Source of the DNA: an uncultured Bacteroidales bacterium
GTDB taxonomy: Bacteria > Bacteroidota > Bacteroidia > Bacteroidales > F082
NCBI GenBank assembly: GCA_905233685.1
Contig: CAJOEZ010000011.1
Coordinates: forward strand, 8,040 to 72,039
Reading direction: 5' to 3'
DNA: 64,000 bases
The translations under genes were made by a program, and so were the position numbers. Of this stretch, positions 46,458 to 56,851 are shown one piece after another. The notes below the pieces were generated by a model. It did no database searches. It had not been told where the DNA came from and saw only the letters and a list, made by a program, of their open reading frames with translations. Each line of letters opens with the position of its first letter. Position 1 is the stretch's first letter.

Positions 46458-47063
46458 TCAACCATCAAATTCATCTAATTTTCTTTCCAACTTGTCCTTC
46501 CCCTCAAACAATATCCCCGTGATACCCAAAGCATTCGCCGCCGCCACATTATTCGGATTGTCATCGATGAAAACCGTTTCCTCGGCCTTGATGCCGAAGC
46601 GTTGCAAAGCCAGTTGGAAAATCCTCGGGTCGGGCTTCATCACCCGCTCGATGCCCGAAATCACCATGTCCTCCATGAGGTCGAGGACGGGATAGACATG
46701 CCGCACCAAAGCGAAGGTCTCCTCCGACCAGTTGGACAGCCCAAACACACGGAAGCCTTTAGCTTTCAGTTCTTTGATATACTCCTCCATGCCTGCAATC
46801 TGTCCGCCCATCATCTTCATGAACTCGCCGTAATACATCTCAATCTCCTTCTTCCACTCGGGATGCTCAGCGATGAGCTCCGATGTGCCTTCCGCAATGG
46901 GTTTGCCGTTGTCGTGCTGGGCGTTCCACTCGTAGGTACAGATGTTCGTGAGGAACCATTCGGCTTTGTCCTTGTCGCCGAAATACGGGTCATAGAGGTA
47001 ATGCGGGTTCCAGTCTAAGAGCACGCCGCCGTAGTCGAAGATTATGTTTTTAATCATATTCAA
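46458..47063 (-). CDS. HAD-superfamily hydrolase (subfamily IA-like)
   Basis: IIFDYGGVLLDW (DxD-type motif I), GLSNWS, VFIDDNPNNV. Confidence 0.8.
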   Translation of the reverse strand: MNMIKNIIFDYGGVLLDWNPHYLYDPYFGDKDKAEWFLTNICTYEWNAQHDNGKPIAEGTSELIAEHPEWKKEIEMYYGEFMKMMGGQIAGMEEYIKELKAKGFRVFGLSNWSEETFALVRHVYPVLDLMEDMVISGIERVMKPDPRIFQLALQRFGIKAEETVFIDDNPNNVAAANALGITGILFEGKDKLERKLDEFDG

Positions 47064-47147
47064 GATTTTGCTGCAAAATTATTGAAAAAACAAGTTGGCA
47101 ACAATAAAAACCCTAAATTTGTAGTTTAGCTAACAAACTAATCGACA

Positions 47148-48602
47148 ATGAAAAAGCACTTTTTATTCTTTGCGGCCCTTGCCATGTTGGTTTTGACCTC
47201 CTACGGCCAACAAGAAACGGCAAAAACAGAAAAGCCTTATCTGCTCAAGGTAAAGATGAAGGAAACCGACTGCTTCCGTTGCGTTTCGGGACAAATCACC
47301 ATGCGCGACCTCTCGGAAGTGGCTGATGTGGAAATCGTGTTCAACGGTCTGAATGAAAAAACCATCGGACAGTTCCTCAAGACCAACGCGCTCGAATATG
47401 TCAAGGGAGATGACGGCTTCAAAATCGTTTCCGACAAGGAGGAATACGCCCAACTGAACACCATCCCCACCGTTTCCGAAGGGCATCTGATAGACCATAA
47501 AGGCAAAGAAGTCATGGTGTTCCAGTTCAGGCTCGACAATACGACCATGAACCGACTCAACGCCATTAAAACGAAAGGAAAAGCTTTGATGCAAAAGGAG
47601 CCAATCACCCTACAGAGCGACTACAACAACGATGGCATTCGTTTTTCGGTGCAAGGCAACCATTATGTCTTGTGTAACAGTCCAATGAACCTTTGCCAAA
47701 TCTTCAACTCCGATGGTGAACTTATCCGCGAAATTGACGGCAATCTCGTTGACCCTGCCGATGTCTTTCCCGAATTGAAGGATTTTGATGCCTCTGTATT
47801 GAACTCCATTAAAGCATACGGGTATTATCGTAGTTCGATTGAAGAGGTCTTCATCAACGGAAACGAGATTTGGGTCGGCTTCACAGTTTCATGTCCGACC
47901 ATTGAGGACGAAAAAGTCAGTTTGCGTTCCCCTTACCAAGTGCTTTCTTATCCGCTTAACGACACAACGCAGAACTTCAAAGTCATTTTCGATGGAAGGA
48001 CAAACGAGGCAGCCACGATGCTATTCTACAGTTCCAACGATGGCAAAACTTTTTCTTTCTTACACGACACCTACGCTGTTTTACAAAAGTTTGATCAAGA
48101 AGGACGAAGCATCTACGACCAAGCCATTTGCGAAATACAGAATGACAGCCTCGTTTTAAAAGACGAGCACCCAGTTAATTATCCTGAGTTTGAACAACAA
48201 AAACTGCTGTGGTACAAACCCAAACTGAAAGACGGCCTGCTGAATTTGGGCTTTACCGAATATCTTGTTGACATCCAAAAAGATACCGTTTTCAATTTAC
48301 CTTTCAAATACAACACCAAGGTAGTTGACAACGGCGGCTTCAACATTCAAATGACTGCGGACGCGCGGCTCGTGGATTGGGCTTTCGATGGGGAAACGCT
48401 CGGCGTGATTTACGACGACTTCGTGGATGGTCAAAGGAGCAAACGCCATTACCTCGTTTGGCGAAAAGGCCAAAAGGAATTCACGGACACTGAAATGCCC
48501 CTTCCTGAAAAGGGACTTGTTGGATTCCAGTTGGTTCTCCCCGATGTGGCCTATTATCTGACGACAGACAACCGCGTTAGGGCAATGGTGCTGGAATATT
48601 GA
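47148..48602 (+). CDS. Hypothetical secreted protein
   Basis: Signal peptide MKKHFLFFAALAMLVLTSYGQ. No recognisable catalytic motif. Confidence 0.5.
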   Translation: MKKHFLFFAALAMLVLTSYGQQETAKTEKPYLLKVKMKETDCFRCVSGQITMRDLSEVADVEIVFNGLNEKTIGQFLKTNALEYVKGDDGFKIVSDKEEYAQLNTIPTVSEGHLIDHKGKEVMVFQFRLDNTTMNRLNAIKTKGKALMQKEPITLQSDYNNDGIRFSVQGNHYVLCNSPMNLCQIFNSDGELIREIDGNLVDPADVFPELKDFDASVLNSIKAYGYYRSSIEEVFINGNEIWVGFTVSCPTIEDEKVSLRSPYQVLSYPLNDTTQNFKVIFDGRTNEAATMLFYSSNDGKTFSFLHDTYAVLQKFDQEGRSIYDQAICEIQNDSLVLKDEHPVNYPEFEQQKLLWYKPKLKDGLLNLGFTEYLVDIQKDTVFNLPFKYNTKVVDNGGFNIQMTADARLVDWAFDGETLGVIYDDFVDGQRSKRHYLVWRKGQKEFTDTEMPLPEKGLVGFQLVLPDVAYYLTTDNRVRAMVLEY

Positions 48603-48734
48603 TAAAACCGGAGAAAAGAATCCCTGAATATTGGTTTTTTGAACAAAACCATATCACAAAATGGAAATCTCCGCAAAAAACAATATTCGAATATGGAAAT
48701 TGAATTGCGCAAAGGCTATTCAAAGGAAAACACT

Positions 48735-48742
48735 TATTTTTG
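48735..48742 (+). promoter_or_regulatory. -7 promoter box TATTTTTG for tex
   Basis: Matches TAnnTTTG, 20 nt upstream of ATG 48762. Confidence 0.5.
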
Positions 48743-48761
48743 CAGTTCAAAATTGACACCC

Positions 48762-50846
48762 ATGCAAAACACCGATTTCGCCCCACAAATCGCGCAGAAA
48801 CTCAACTTGGCCGCGCACCATGTGGGCAATGTCATACGGCTTTTGGACGAAGGCGCGACCATCCCCTTCATTGCGCGCTATCGCAAGGAAATGACGGGCA
48901 CGATGAACGAAGAGAACGTGGCCGCCGTGCAGCATCGTCTCGAACAACTCACCGAACTGCAAAAACGCAAGGAAAGCGTCATCGCCTCCATCCGCGAACA
49001 AGAGAAACTCACGCCCGAATTAGAGCAAAAGATACTGAATGCCAAAACCTTGCAAGAAGTTGAGGATTTGTATTTGCCCTACAAGCCCAAGCGCCGCACC
49101 CGGGCCGCCATCGCCCGCGAGAAAGGCCTCGAGCCTCTCGCCGCACAAATCATGGCGCAGAACGTGGACTTTGTCGATCGCCTCGCTGCGCGATATGTCA
49201 ATGCGGGCAAGGGCGTGAACGATGTGGAGGAAGCCCTGCAAGGCGCGAAGGACATCATGGCCGAGTGGGTTTCCGAGAACATCAACGGGCGCAACCGCAT
49301 CCGCAAGATTTTCCACTTGCAAGGCGACATCAGTTCCGCCGTGGTGAAAGGCAAGGAGGATGAGGGCAAGACCTACCAACAGTATTTCGACTTCCGCGAA
49401 CCGATTTCGCAAGCACCATCGCACCGTCTTTTGGCCTTGTTCCGCGCCGAGGAAGAAGGTATGTTGAAGGTGAAAATCAAGGTGGATGACGACTTTGTGT
49501 TAGGCTCGTTGGAGAGCATCTTCCTGAAGAACGACAACGCCTCCTCCGAACTCGTGCGCGAGGCCATCGCCGACTCGTGGAAACGCCTCTTGGAGCCGAG
49601 CATCGAGACCGAGATTCGCAATTATTATAAGGAGAAGGCCGACGAGACCGCCATCCGCGTCTTTGCCGAGAACCTAAAACAGTTGCTCCTTGCCGCCCCA
49701 ATGGGCCAGAAGCGCGTTTTGGCCATTGACCCGGGCTTCAGAACGGGCTGTAAGGTGGTGGTTTTGAGCGAAACGGGCGCATTATTGCACAACGAAACCA
49801 TCTATCCCCACCCGCCCAAGTCGGACACGGTGGGCGCGACGCGTAAAATCAAGAGTCTCATGGATGCCTATCGCATCAAAGTCATCGCCATCGGCAACGG
49901 CACGGCGGGACGAGAGACCGAGGACTTTATCCGAAGCATCAAGTTCGACCGCGACTTGATGGCCGTGATGGTGAGCGAGAGCGGTGCGTCGGTGTATTCC
50001 GCCTCCAAGATCGCCCGCGACGAGTTCCCCGACTACGACATCACCGTGCGCGGCGCGGTCAGCATCGGTCGCCGACTGATGGACCCGCTCGCCGAGTTGG
50101 TGAAAATCGACAAACTCGGCGAAAGCCTCGATCAGACCGTTGTGAGTTGCGTCAACGCAGTCGGCGTGGAGCTTAACACCGCCAGCCAGCAACTGCTTTC
50201 CTATGTGAGCGGTGTCGGCCCGACTTTGGCCTCCAATATCATCACCTACCGCGAGGAACACGGCGGTTTCAAGAGCCGCAAGCAGCTTCATGAGGTGCCG
50301 CGCCTCGGCGACAAGGCCTTCGAGCAATGTGCTGGTTTCCTGCGCATTCACAATGGTGACAATCCCTTGGACCAAAGTGCTGTTCACCCCGAGAGTTACC
50401 ACATCGTTGAAAAGATGGCTAAAAAGCTAAATGTAAAGGTGAAAGACCTCATCGGCAACAAGGAACTCATCGCGAAAATCAAGCCAGAAGAGTTTGTAGA
50501 AAAGGACTTCGGCTTGGAAACCATCAACGACATCCTCTCCGAACTGGACAAGCCCGGCCGCGACCCGCGCAAGACTTTTGAGGCCTTTGAATTCGACAAG
50601 AACATCCGCACCATCAATGACTTGCGTGTCGGGATGAATTTGAATGGCATCGTGACCAATATCACCGCTTTTGGCGCTTTTGTGGACATTGGCGTACACC
50701 AAGACGGCCTCGTCCACATCAGCCAAATGGCCGACCATTACATCAAAGACCCGAATGAAGTCGTTCACTTGAACCAAAAGGTGAAAGTCAAGGTTTTAGA
50801 GGTCGATGTGAACCGAAATCGTATCAGTTTAACCATGAAACTATAA
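48762..50846 (+). CDS. tex: Tex-family transcription accessory protein (S1 RNA-binding domain)
   Basis: ATIPFIARYRKEMTG N-terminus, YqgF-like IAIGNGTAGRETE, HhH region, C-terminal S1 domain GIVTNITAFGAFVDIGVHQDGLVHIS. Start set at MQNTDFAPQIAQ. Confidence 0.9.
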   Translation: MQNTDFAPQIAQKLNLAAHHVGNVIRLLDEGATIPFIARYRKEMTGTMNEENVAAVQHRLEQLTELQKRKESVIASIREQEKLTPELEQKILNAKTLQEVEDLYLPYKPKRRTRAAIAREKGLEPLAAQIMAQNVDFVDRLAARYVNAGKGVNDVEEALQGAKDIMAEWVSENINGRNRIRKIFHLQGDISSAVVKGKEDEGKTYQQYFDFREPISQAPSHRLLALFRAEEEGMLKVKIKVDDDFVLGSLESIFLKNDNASSELVREAIADSWKRLLEPSIETEIRNYYKEKADETAIRVFAENLKQLLLAAPMGQKRVLAIDPGFRTGCKVVVLSETGALLHNETIYPHPPKSDTVGATRKIKSLMDAYRIKVIAIGNGTAGRETEDFIRSIKFDRDLMAVMVSESGASVYSASKIARDEFPDYDITVRGAVSIGRRLMDPLAELVKIDKLGESLDQTVVSCVNAVGVELNTASQQLLSYVSGVGPTLASNIITYREEHGGFKSRKQLHEVPRLGDKAFEQCAGFLRIHNGDNPLDQSAVHPESYHIVEKMAKKLNVKVKDLIGNKELIAKIKPEEFVEKDFGLETINDILSELDKPGRDPRKTFEAFEFDKNIRTINDLRVGMNLNGIVTNITAFGAFVDIGVHQDGLVHISQMADHYIKDPNEVVHLNQKVKVKVLEVDVNRNRISLTMKL

Positions 50847-50854
50847 TAAGCCCT

Positions 50855-53302
50855 ATGAAAAAGTTCCTGTCTTTATTCTCCATTATAGGTTTGTTCCTCT
50901 CCTCTACTGCCCATCCCGTAGATATGGAATCAGCCAAAGTCATCGCCGCCAAATTTATGGAAACCAACGACTTGCAACACGTAACAACCTATCAAACAGA
51001 CAATAACATTGCCGCCTTCTATGTCTTCAACACCACCGACGGCTTTATCATTGTTTCCGCCGACGACTGCGAAACGCCCATTATCGGTTATTCGCATGAA
51101 GGCCAATTTGACCCGAACAATGTCCCGATTCAGATGGAAGAATATCTCCAAGATTTTGTCGCAAGGATTCAATACGGCATTGAGAATCATATCGTTGCGG
51201 ATGCTTTTACGACAAAGCAATGGGATTTGGTGAAGGCCTCAGGAAAGCTTAACGAAAGCAAATCTGCCAAGACCGTGCCTGCTTTGCTAACCAGCAAATG
51301 GCACCAAGGCTGCCTTTACAACAACCTCTGCCCTATTATGAGTGGTCCCTGCGGCCGCGCTGAGGTAGGCTGTGTGGCCGTGGCCATGGGACAAATTATG
51401 CACTATTGGAAATATCCTGTAACGGGTTGGGGCTCACACTCCTACACCAATTCAGGCACTACTTATTCCGCTGATTTCGGCAATACCATCTACGATTGGG
51501 AACACATGCCCGATTCGTTGACTGACAACTCAAGCGAGGTCGAAATTGAGGCTGTAGCCACATTGCTGTACCATTGCGGCGTTTCGGTGGACATGAGATT
51601 TACCAACAATGGCTCATTAGCCAATTCCGCAGACGTTCCTAGTGCCTTGGTTCACTATTTTGATTATGCGAGATGTATTCAAAAGGAGAAAAAAAGTAAT
51701 TACGACAACGAGGAATGGGTATCCATGCTAAAAAGTAATCTCGACCAACAGAAGCCCATACTGTATTCGGGCATAAGTACGGGCAACATTGGCCATGCCT
51801 TCGTATGCGATGGGTACGACGACAATGACTTATTCCACTTCAACTGGGGCTGGGGCACTGCTGATGGCTATTTTGCTTTGAGCAATCTGAACCCTCTTGG
51901 GTTTGAATTCAATTCCAACCACAGTGCCATTCTCAATATTATCCCCCAATACGAGCCCTGTGTTGTCTTTGCGTCAGTTTATCCATCCAATGCCGGAACA
52001 GTAGAAGGGACAGGCGAATACCATATCGGAGCACAATGCACCTTAACCGCCGTGCCTGCTGAAAACACCAAGTTCGAATATTGGATGAAACAGGGACGAG
52101 TAGTGTCCAAAACGGAGTCATACACCTTCAGCGTCACGGATGACATTGACGATATTATAGCCATCTTCTCTTATCTGCCGATAGAACAAATTTCAGCATG
52201 TTACTATCCCGAAGAAAACAATCCGGGCAGTACCAGCATAAACGTTTCTTGGAATTACAAGGATCTTCAATGGGCCCTTCTGAAAGAATTCTATGTCGAA
52301 AAAAACCTCCAATACGGGTACACATACCTGACCACCGACAACGAGCACATCTATTTCGGCTACCCATTGTTGACTAACCCACCAACCACTTTCGAGAAAT
52401 ACACCATGGACGGCGAATTGGTGGAACAATTTGACATATCTGGCACTAATCCCAACGGCCTTACTTGTGATGGAAACTACTTTTATTGCAGCAACAACGA
52501 TGAGTTTTTCAACGTTTTTCACCTGTATTGCCTTGATTTTGCCAACAAAACGGTTGTTGACAGCCTTTATGTTGGCAGGCAGTTTACCCTATGTTCCTAC
52601 GATGCTGAAAATGACGGTTTTTGGCTTTACAATGGTTTTCAAGGCAAAAATATGACACTCATAAACCGTCAAGGCGAAGCCATTAAGACTACCCCATCCT
52701 TATCCTCATACAGTTCTGTCGTAGGTTTTGGTAGCCTTACCGCCAAAGACGGAACTCCACACCTGTTGATAATTTCATCGTCGGATGAAGTAATCGACTA
52801 TGACGTCTCCACCAACATTCTCAAAAACCACCCTCGTCTGAATATGTCACATGGAAGTGTCAAGGCGGCCTCTGTGGGAAAATACGACGGCAAAGACGCT
52901 ATGTTTGTTGTCGCAAAATACTATGATACGAATCATGCCTCAGTTCTCATTTATGAAATTGAAAGCCATTTGGAACAAATCATCAGCTATCGCATTTATC
53001 GTACCAACAGCGTTTCAGACACCATAATGCTAGCAGACGAAATTACTGGTTCTTTTTACCTCGACTCCACTTGGAATGATGTTCCCGTTGGGCTGTACCG
53101 ATACGGCATCAGTTCGGTGTTCTCCAATGGCAACGAATCGGAGATTATGTGGTCTGAACCTATCGAGAAGACTAATATTGGCATCAACGAAGTCATACTA
53201 GACCCGGAAAATTCTTCTGTCCAGAAAGTGTTCGAAAACGGGCAAATCGTCATCATCAAGGACGGAAAACGCTACAATGTTTCTGGCCAAAAGCTGAATT
53301 GA
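50855..53302 (+). CDS. C10-family (streptopain-like) cysteine peptidase with N-terminal Spi inhibitor-like propeptide
   Basis: AAFYVFNTTDGFIIVSADDCETPIIGYS (propeptide), catalytic Cys context AEVGCVAVAMGQIMHYWKYP, His context GHAFVCDGYDDNDLFHFNWGWG. The large C-terminal extension may be a sorting domain (not confirmed). Confidence 0.8.
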   Translation: MKKFLSLFSIIGLFLSSTAHPVDMESAKVIAAKFMETNDLQHVTTYQTDNNIAAFYVFNTTDGFIIVSADDCETPIIGYSHEGQFDPNNVPIQMEEYLQDFVARIQYGIENHIVADAFTTKQWDLVKASGKLNESKSAKTVPALLTSKWHQGCLYNNLCPIMSGPCGRAEVGCVAVAMGQIMHYWKYPVTGWGSHSYTNSGTTYSADFGNTIYDWEHMPDSLTDNSSEVEIEAVATLLYHCGVSVDMRFTNNGSLANSADVPSALVHYFDYARCIQKEKKSNYDNEEWVSMLKSNLDQQKPILYSGISTGNIGHAFVCDGYDDNDLFHFNWGWGTADGYFALSNLNPLGFEFNSNHSAILNIIPQYEPCVVFASVYPSNAGTVEGTGEYHIGAQCTLTAVPAENTKFEYWMKQGRVVSKTESYTFSVTDDIDDIIAIFSYLPIEQISACYYPEENNPGSTSINVSWNYKDLQWALLKEFYVEKNLQYGYTYLTTDNEHIYFGYPLLTNPPTTFEKYTMDGELVEQFDISGTNPNGLTCDGNYFYCSNNDEFFNVFHLYCLDFANKTVVDSLYVGRQFTLCSYDAENDGFWLYNGFQGKNMTLINRQGEAIKTTPSLSSYSSVVGFGSLTAKDGTPHLLIISSSDEVIDYDVSTNILKNHPRLNMSHGSVKAASVGKYDGKDAMFVVAKYYDTNHASVLIYEIESHLEQIISYRIYRTNSVSDTIMLADEITGSFYLDSTWNDVPVGLYRYGISSVFSNGNESEIMWSEPIEKTNIGINEVILDPENSSVQKVFENGQIVIIKDGKRYNVSGQKLN

Positions 53303-53371
53303 TGACGAAAAGTAATGTATACTTGCAATAAAACCACCACAAATCAGTTTATCATAGAAATTGAGTTCAAA

Positions 53372-54220
53372 ATGAAGAAATACGGAATCATTACCCTTTT
53401 ATTGGTTTTTATGACGGCCTTCCCAACCCTGCTCCATGCGCAAATCATTAAAGGTGAAGTGTTTGCAGGCGGCATACTCAGTCAAGTGGACGGCGACGAG
53501 TGTTTCGGATTCAGGAAATTCGGTGTTCATGCCGGTGCCGGTGCCTTGATTCCCATCACTAATTTCATGGATGTCGGATTAGAGGTCTTGTTTAGCCAAA
53601 AAGGCGCCAACAAAAACGATTCGTTAAACCTTCATCAAGGCTCATACACAGGCACTTACCATTTGACTCTCAATTACGCGGAAGTCCCGCTCATGCTTTA
53701 TTTTACGGACAAGGGTAACTATAGCATTGGCGTGGGTGTTTCCTACGGCCGCGTGGTTGGCATCAATGAGATAAGTTGCGGAAGGCAAATGTACACTGGC
53801 ATAGGCGATGGCAACCTGCATTGGAAGGAAAACGACGACGAGATGCCTGACCTAAGCAAAGTGAAGAATATCAACCAATTGGCAGACATCGTCTACAGCG
53901 CAGGGTTCCCCGATACTGTCACCATTCCGCAAGTTATTGCCAATTCGAATACCTATCGTCCCAACGACCTCAGCATTTGTGCCGACCTTAGGGTGCGTAT
54001 TTGGGAAGGCCTTCACGCCGAGTTGCGCTATCAGTACTCGCTGCTCCCTATTCGTACAAGGCTATTTTACAAGGACATAGACGAAACCATCCTGAAGGAC
54101 GATGATGTCAATGTGCAGCCCCTGCAACGGCAATACAACAATTCTATCACGCTTAGGGTCGTGTATATTTTCAACGAACACCGAAGCAAGGCCAATAAAG
54201 AGGCGATGAAAAAACAGTAG
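53372..54220 (+). CDS. Outer-membrane beta-barrel protein (PorT/OmpA-barrel-like)
   Basis: Start at MKKYGIITLLLVFMTAFPTLLHAQ. Alternating beta-strand pattern and an aromatic-rich C-terminal barrel region. Confidence 0.55.
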   Translation: MKKYGIITLLLVFMTAFPTLLHAQIIKGEVFAGGILSQVDGDECFGFRKFGVHAGAGALIPITNFMDVGLEVLFSQKGANKNDSLNLHQGSYTGTYHLTLNYAEVPLMLYFTDKGNYSIGVGVSYGRVVGINEISCGRQMYTGIGDGNLHWKENDDEMPDLSKVKNINQLADIVYSAGFPDTVTIPQVIANSNTYRPNDLSICADLRVRIWEGLHAELRYQYSLLPIRTRLFYKDIDETILKDDDVNVQPLQRQYNNSITLRVVYIFNEHRSKANKEAMKKQ

Positions 54221-54257
54221 TTAGTTTGGAGTTAGAAGTTTGGAGTTAAAAATTGTA

Positions 54258-54285
54258 GGACTGTCACACCGTGGCAGCCTTTTTT
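54258..54285 (+). terminator. Rho-independent terminator between convergent genes
   Basis: GGACTGTCAC-acc-GTGGCAGCC followed by TTTTTT. Lies between stops at 54220 (+) and 54288 (-). Confidence 0.55.
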
Positions 54286-54287
54286 CA

Positions 54288-55001
54288 TCACAATCCCAAA
54301 TAAAAGTCTTTCAGAAACGCATTGTATTGCGGGGTGAAATGGTTGTTTTCATTGCGAATCGTGAAAATCTCCTCTTGAATGGCTTCCGTTTTCCTATAGA
54401 CCAGCTCTAAATTGACGCGATTGGGTGCTTTACCCTCAATCGGGATGATGGTCATGCGTTTGTGCAGAAATAGGCCATTGTTTTCTGCAACTTCAAGGAA
54501 ATCAAGCGATTCTGAATAAGGCAGTACCACAACAAAACGGCCATTAGGATTCATCAGGCGGCACACGGCTTGACAAAGCGCCTCGCGCGAAAGCGTCATG
54601 TCGGTGTGGCGGGCACGGCTTTTCCGCTCCGAGTCGCACTTGGAAAAACGGCTGAAAAACGGTGGGTTGGACACAATAAGGTCGTACTTTTTATTAGGCT
54701 GGAAATCAACGATATCTGCGCAATAGGCTTTCAAATGCTCGCGCCACTGCGATGACTCGAAATTGACACTTGCTTCTTCAACGGAAGCTTTGTCAATATC
54801 GACTGCATCTACTTGTGCCACACCCTTTTGCGAGAGCATCAAAGGCAAAAGTCCGCAGCCCGTGCCGATGTCTAAGACCACATCCGTCGGCTTCACTTCC
54901 GTCCAGCGGCCGAGCAAAATGGCGTCCGTCCCCACCTTCATCGTCGAGCGGTGATGGTAGAGGCTGAAATGCTTGAAGTGGAACGGGCGAGCGTCAGTCA
55001 T
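54288..55001 (-). CDS. tRNA (adenine-N6)-methyltransferase-like SAM methyltransferase (YfiC/TrmN6 type)
   Basis: VLDIGTGCGLLPLML (SAM motif I) and DLIVSNPPFF (NPPF motif). Confidence 0.7.
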   Translation of the reverse strand: MTDARPFHFKHFSLYHHRSTMKVGTDAILLGRWTEVKPTDVVLDIGTGCGLLPLMLSQKGVAQVDAVDIDKASVEEASVNFESSQWREHLKAYCADIVDFQPNKKYDLIVSNPPFFSRFSKCDSERKSRARHTDMTLSREALCQAVCRLMNPNGRFVVVLPYSESLDFLEVAENNGLFLHKRMTIIPIEGKAPNRVNLELVYRKTEAIQEEIFTIRNENNHFTPQYNAFLKDFYLGL

Positions 55002-55522
55002 TGCAAGTACATGTCTATCAATCCTTCAGGGGCGGTTATGTAAAGCAATTTCTTATCTCTGTCCACCTTCTGAATCACTTGGTCGAGGATTGGGATGAGG
55101 ATTTCCTTTTTGCCCTTCATCACTTGCAGAATAGCTTGTGTGGGATATTCCAAAACCTCGCTGATGGGACCAAGTTCGCCTTTTTCGCTGTCTATGACCG
55201 TAAAGCCCACGATTTCATGGAAATAGAACTGCTTTCCGCTGAGTTTGGGCAGCATTTCCAAAGGCAGATACACCGATTTCCCAACCAAGTTTTGCGCCTG
55301 CTCGATGGTCTTCACGTCCTGCACAACCACGAAGAATTTGTCGCCATTGGGCGTGATTTTCTCCACGAAGAAGGGGGTCAGCACCTTGTTGATTTCAAGG
55401 AAGAAATGCTTCATTTCGAGATAGGCCGACGGGTCATCGGCCTCCAATTTGATGGTCACCTCCCCTTTCAGGCCGTGGGTTTTGGCCACACGACCGAGGT
55501 AAAAACAGTCTTCTTTTTTCAT
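54998..55522 (-). CDS. rimM: 16S rRNA processing protein RimM
   Basis: FYLGRVAKTHGLKGEV N-terminus and a PRC-barrel C-terminal half. 4-nt overlap with the downstream gene. Confidence 0.85.
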   Translation of the reverse strand: MKKEDCFYLGRVAKTHGLKGEVTIKLEADDPSAYLEMKHFFLEINKVLTPFFVEKITPNGDKFFVVVQDVKTIEQAQNLVGKSVYLPLEMLPKLSGKQFYFHEIVGFTVIDSEKGELGPISEVLEYPTQAILQVMKGKKEILIPILDQVIQKVDRDKKLLYITAPEGLIDMYLQ

Positions 55523-55580
55523 TGCTTCGGATTTTGCGGCAAAGATAATATTTTTTACTTTTGCCGCTCAAATTTTAGCT

Positions 55581-56660
55581 ATGCACGAGTTTTCGCATTT
55601 GTTCTTGGATGTGCTGAGAAACAGCGTCTTAATCACTGGCTTGGTGATGATTATGATGTTGATGATTGAGTATGTCAACATCCATTCTCACGGGAAATGG
55701 TTCACGAAGTTGCGCCAGAACCGCTTTGGGCAAGTCGTTTTGGGTGCAGGTTTGGGCATCATCCCTGGTTGCATGGGCGGTTTCGCCGCCGTGTCAATGT
55801 ATTCGCACAAGTTGCTGAGTTTCGGAGCATTAGTCGCTATGATGATTGCCTCATCGGGAGACGAAGCCTTTGTCATGCTCGCCATGATACCCAAGGAGGC
55901 CTTATTGTTGATGGTGATTTTGTTTGTGGTGGCCGTGGCGGCTGGTCTTATAGTGGACAGGTTCTCTAAACCCAGCAAGCACGAAGGCTGCGCGGACGGC
56001 TACCAAATCCACGACGAGGACGAGAAAGCCGAAATCGAAGACAAGCCAACCCTTCGCAATCTGCGCCATGCCAGCGCGGAACGCATCGCCCTGCTCTTAG
56101 GTGTTATCCTATTTATCGTAGCCTTGGCTTTCGGAATGTTGGAGCACGAGCATGAGGAAGCCGTGGAAGTCGTTCACACACATCTCAATATCTTCGATGA
56201 GTATTGGATGAACCTCATTTTTGCAGTGGTCAGCTTGTTTGTGGTGTGGTTTATCGCCACGGCACCCGAACATGTCGTCAAGGAGCATTTGTGGGAGCAC
56301 ATCATCCGCAAGCATTTCTTGAGCATCTTTCTTTGGACATTTGGCGCTTTGCTCGTCATCCAAGTCGGACTGCATTACTTTGACATTGAGACACTTATCA
56401 GCAACAACATCCCATGGATGATTCTGTTGGCCGTCTTGGTCGGCATCATCCCCGAGTCGGGGCCGCATTTGTTGTTTGTCACTCTATTTGCCACGGGAAC
56501 AGTGCCGTTTTCGGTGCTGTTGGCCAGCAGTATTTCGCAAGATGGTCATGCCTCGTTGCCACTTTTAGCTGAAAGCAAGCGGAGTTTCCTCAAAGCTAAG
56601 GTTATCAATGTTTTGGTGGCTGCTTTCTTAGGCTACCTGTGTTATTTTATCGGTTTCTGA
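55581..56660 (+). CDS. Putative 10-TM metal (manganese/heavy-metal) transporter, ArsP_2/DUF2899-like
   Basis: Multi-pass membrane protein with GIIPGCMGGFA and SSGDEAFVMLA segments and an acidic/His-rich central loop (HEGCADGYQIHDEDEKAEIED, HEHEEAVEVVHTH). Confidence 0.5.
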   Translation: MHEFSHLFLDVLRNSVLITGLVMIMMLMIEYVNIHSHGKWFTKLRQNRFGQVVLGAGLGIIPGCMGGFAAVSMYSHKLLSFGALVAMMIASSGDEAFVMLAMIPKEALLLMVILFVVAVAAGLIVDRFSKPSKHEGCADGYQIHDEDEKAEIEDKPTLRNLRHASAERIALLLGVILFIVALAFGMLEHEHEEAVEVVHTHLNIFDEYWMNLIFAVVSLFVVWFIATAPEHVVKEHLWEHIIRKHFLSIFLWTFGALLVIQVGLHYFDIETLISNNIPWMILLAVLVGIIPESGPHLLFVTLFATGTVPFSVLLASSISQDGHASLPLLAESKRSFLKAKVINVLVAAFLGYLCYFIGF

Positions 56661-56681
56661 TTGACATATCGAAAAAAGCAC

Positions 56682-56689
56682 TATCTTTG
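56682..56689 (+). promoter_or_regulatory. -7 promoter box TATCTTTG driving the riboswitch leader
   Basis: Matches TAnnTTTG, about 10 nt before the riboswitch aptamer. Confidence 0.5.
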
Positions 56690-56699
56690 CCGCCGATAC

Positions 56700-56795
56700 C
56701 AATAGGGGTGCCTTATCTGCCCGCGCAGATTGAAAGACAGGCTGAGATCAAACCCTCTGCACCTGATACGGATAATGCCGAGACAGGGAATCGAG
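56700..56795 (+). promoter_or_regulatory. TPP (THI-box) riboswitch
   Basis: AGGGGTGCC ... GCTGAGAT ... ACCC ... ACCTGATACGGATAATGCCGAGACAGGGAA reproduces the conserved THI-box core in order. Confidence 0.85.
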
Positions 56796-56851
56796 TTCCT
56801 CATCATTCCTCTATTGATTTATTGAACTATTAATCATTAAATCAACGAGTT

